From positions 16,421 to 80,420 of the forward strand of contig FR893309.1 in the NCBI GenBank assembly GCA_000436035.1: 64,000 nucleotides of DNA. The letters run 5' to 3'. This document shows positions 62,890 to 64,000 of this stretch, piece by piece. A program made the position numbers and the translations under genes. Every line of letters begins with the position of its first letter. Positions within the stretch are counted from its first letter, which is position 1. The stretch comes from Prevotella sp. CAG:732. Its GTDB lineage: Bacteria; Bacteroidota; Bacteroidia; Bacteroidales; Bacteroidaceae. Under the pieces are notes generated by a model that worked only from the letters and a program-made list of their open reading frames with translations, had not been told where the DNA came from and ran no database searches.

Positions 62890-63444
62890 TTAAATAATAA
62901 TGCAGAGGAACTTGGCTGGCTCTCCGTTCAAGGAGCGGAAGCAGTGCTGTTTCTTGCTGTCGAAGTAGATGCTGTCGCCAGGACCGAGCACCATCACTTT
63001 TTCCTCGATGGTTACTTCGAGTTGACCTTCTATCACGTAGTCATATTCCTGACCGTCGTGTCCGTTCTTGTTAGGTTTGCTGTCGCCAGGCAATGGGTCA
63101 ACCTGCACCATGAAAGGGTTCACCTTTCTGTCCTTGAAGCCTACGGCAAGGCTTTGGTATTTATATTGGTTGTTGCGGTCAATCTCAGGACCTTGGTCTT
63201 TTCGTGTCACGTAATATCCCTTCATGCGAGGTTCCTCGCCGAAGAGCAGTACATCGAGGTCGATGCCGTATCGCTTGGATATCTTGGAAAGGCGATAAAC
63301 CGAAGGGTCGGCTTCGCCCGATTCTATCTTGAGATAATGTTCCAGACTGATTTCGCAAAGTTCAGCCACTTCCTCTGCTGGGATGTTGAGAACCTCGCGA
63401 AGACCTTTCAGTCTCTCACCGATTTGCTTGATTGCTTCGTCCAT
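62890..63444 (-). CDS. XRE HTH plus cupin transcriptional regulator
   Basis: IGERLKGLRE...ESGEADP HTH; HDGQEYDYVIEG...GDSIYFDS cupin. Confidence 0.92.
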   Translation of the reverse strand: MDEAIKQIGERLKGLREVLNIPAEEVAELCEISLEHYLKIESGEADPSVYRLSKISKRYGIDLDVLLFGEEPRMKGYYVTRKDQGPEIDRNNQYKYQSLAVGFKDRKVNPFMVQVDPLPGDSKPNKNGHDGQEYDYVIEGQLEVTIEEKVMVLGPGDSIYFDSKKQHCFRSLNGEPAKFLCIII

Positions 63445-63737
63445 AGTTCTATGTTTTATTGGTTTTGCTCGCAAAAGTACGACTTTTTGATGATATGAGC
63501 AAACAAAGAGGCGATAAATTGAATATTTACACTTGGTTTTGATAGAAAACTATTATAATTATGCAGAAAATGCTGAATGATAGTTGTCTTATGCCTAGTG
63601 AAGTACACCTTTGTCATCCTTATATTCACTTTTTGTCATTCGAGCTGTTTCCTCTGGAACATCTAGGAGTGTCGTTTCTCTCTCTTGACTATAAAACTTG
63701 ATTCGCCCTAGGATATAACCTCTTGCGCTAGGGAACC

Positions 63738-63854
63738 AAACCTGTAGAACCCTACTGTATAATGGTGTGCCTAACTTGTATTCCGTGAAATCTAACTTGT
63801 ATTTCACGGAATATAAGTTAAGCTTTATAAAAAGTAGTAGGTTTCTGTAGGTTT
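63738..63854. repeat. Nested concentric inverted repeats
   Basis: 63772-63791/63801-63820 (19 of 20 match) and 63738-63756/63836-63854 (16 of 19 match) share centre 63796. Confidence 0.85.
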
Positions 63855-63964
63855 TGTCCTAGGATAGTTGTAACTTTGTGGTCGGTTGGCTAGCGTTTTG
63901 TGTTCGAGAGCATCACGATAGGGTGCTAGCCACCGATTTGTTGACAAACTAAAAGTAGATTATC

Positions 63965-64000
63965 ATGGCAAAGTATATCAAGCAAGAGATACCAGACCTT
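63965..64000 (+). CDS. Start of a probable Bacteroidales HU-like DNA-binding protein, truncated by the window edge
   Basis: MAKYIKQEIPDL after TAACTTTG (63871-63878); only 12 codons visible. Confidence 0.45.
   Translation, partial: MAKYIKQEIPDL

Noticed and set aside
63595..63807. 70-aa ORF on the minus strand
   Set aside because: Runs through the palindromic repeat, has no recognisable motif and no clear start context.
1..64000. tRNA, rRNA, riboswitch, prophage, integrase or reverse transcriptase
   Set aside because: None recognised by eye; a covariance-model search would be needed to exclude small structured RNAs.

Overview
64-kb chromosomal window from a Bacteroidota organism, most likely Prevotella/Segatella (inferred from SusC/SusD loci, TAnnTTTG promoters and gene content). 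It contains: (1) the 3' end of a probable pectin-related PUL (1-5328); (2) a beta-1,4-galactan PUL (SusC/D, SusE-like, GH53, GH2) next to a sensor-AraC regulator that lacks kinase and receiver domains; (3) a degenerate ThiD-like/AraC fusion directly upstream of pdxST; (4) a housekeeping block (murF, folP, cdaA, pta, ackA, lpxH, radC, efp, rpmH, rluD, ddl, argF', proA, proB, acyl-CoA synthetase); (5) an ~18.7-kb accessory block between proB and proA carrying a second PUL (GH2, two GH43, an unassigned enzyme, an HTCS broken by a TGA), an ATPase, an IS110 relic and a YhcG/DUF1016 nuclease gene. The most unusual signals are: in-frame tandem palindromes with covarying arms inside the YhcG gene; reciprocal YhcG/ATPase tail scars; an IS110 relic that keeps its non-coding end; two unannotated paralogous 34-aa membrane peptides; the pseudo-kinase-AraC gene beside vitamin B6 synthesis; genes hollowed out by internal deletions; and dispersed 7-bp and 22-bp periodic repeats. 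Two tandem duplications (efp, YhcG) and the HTCS stop may be assembly or sequencing artefacts. All family calls come from motif recognition by eye, not from database searches.
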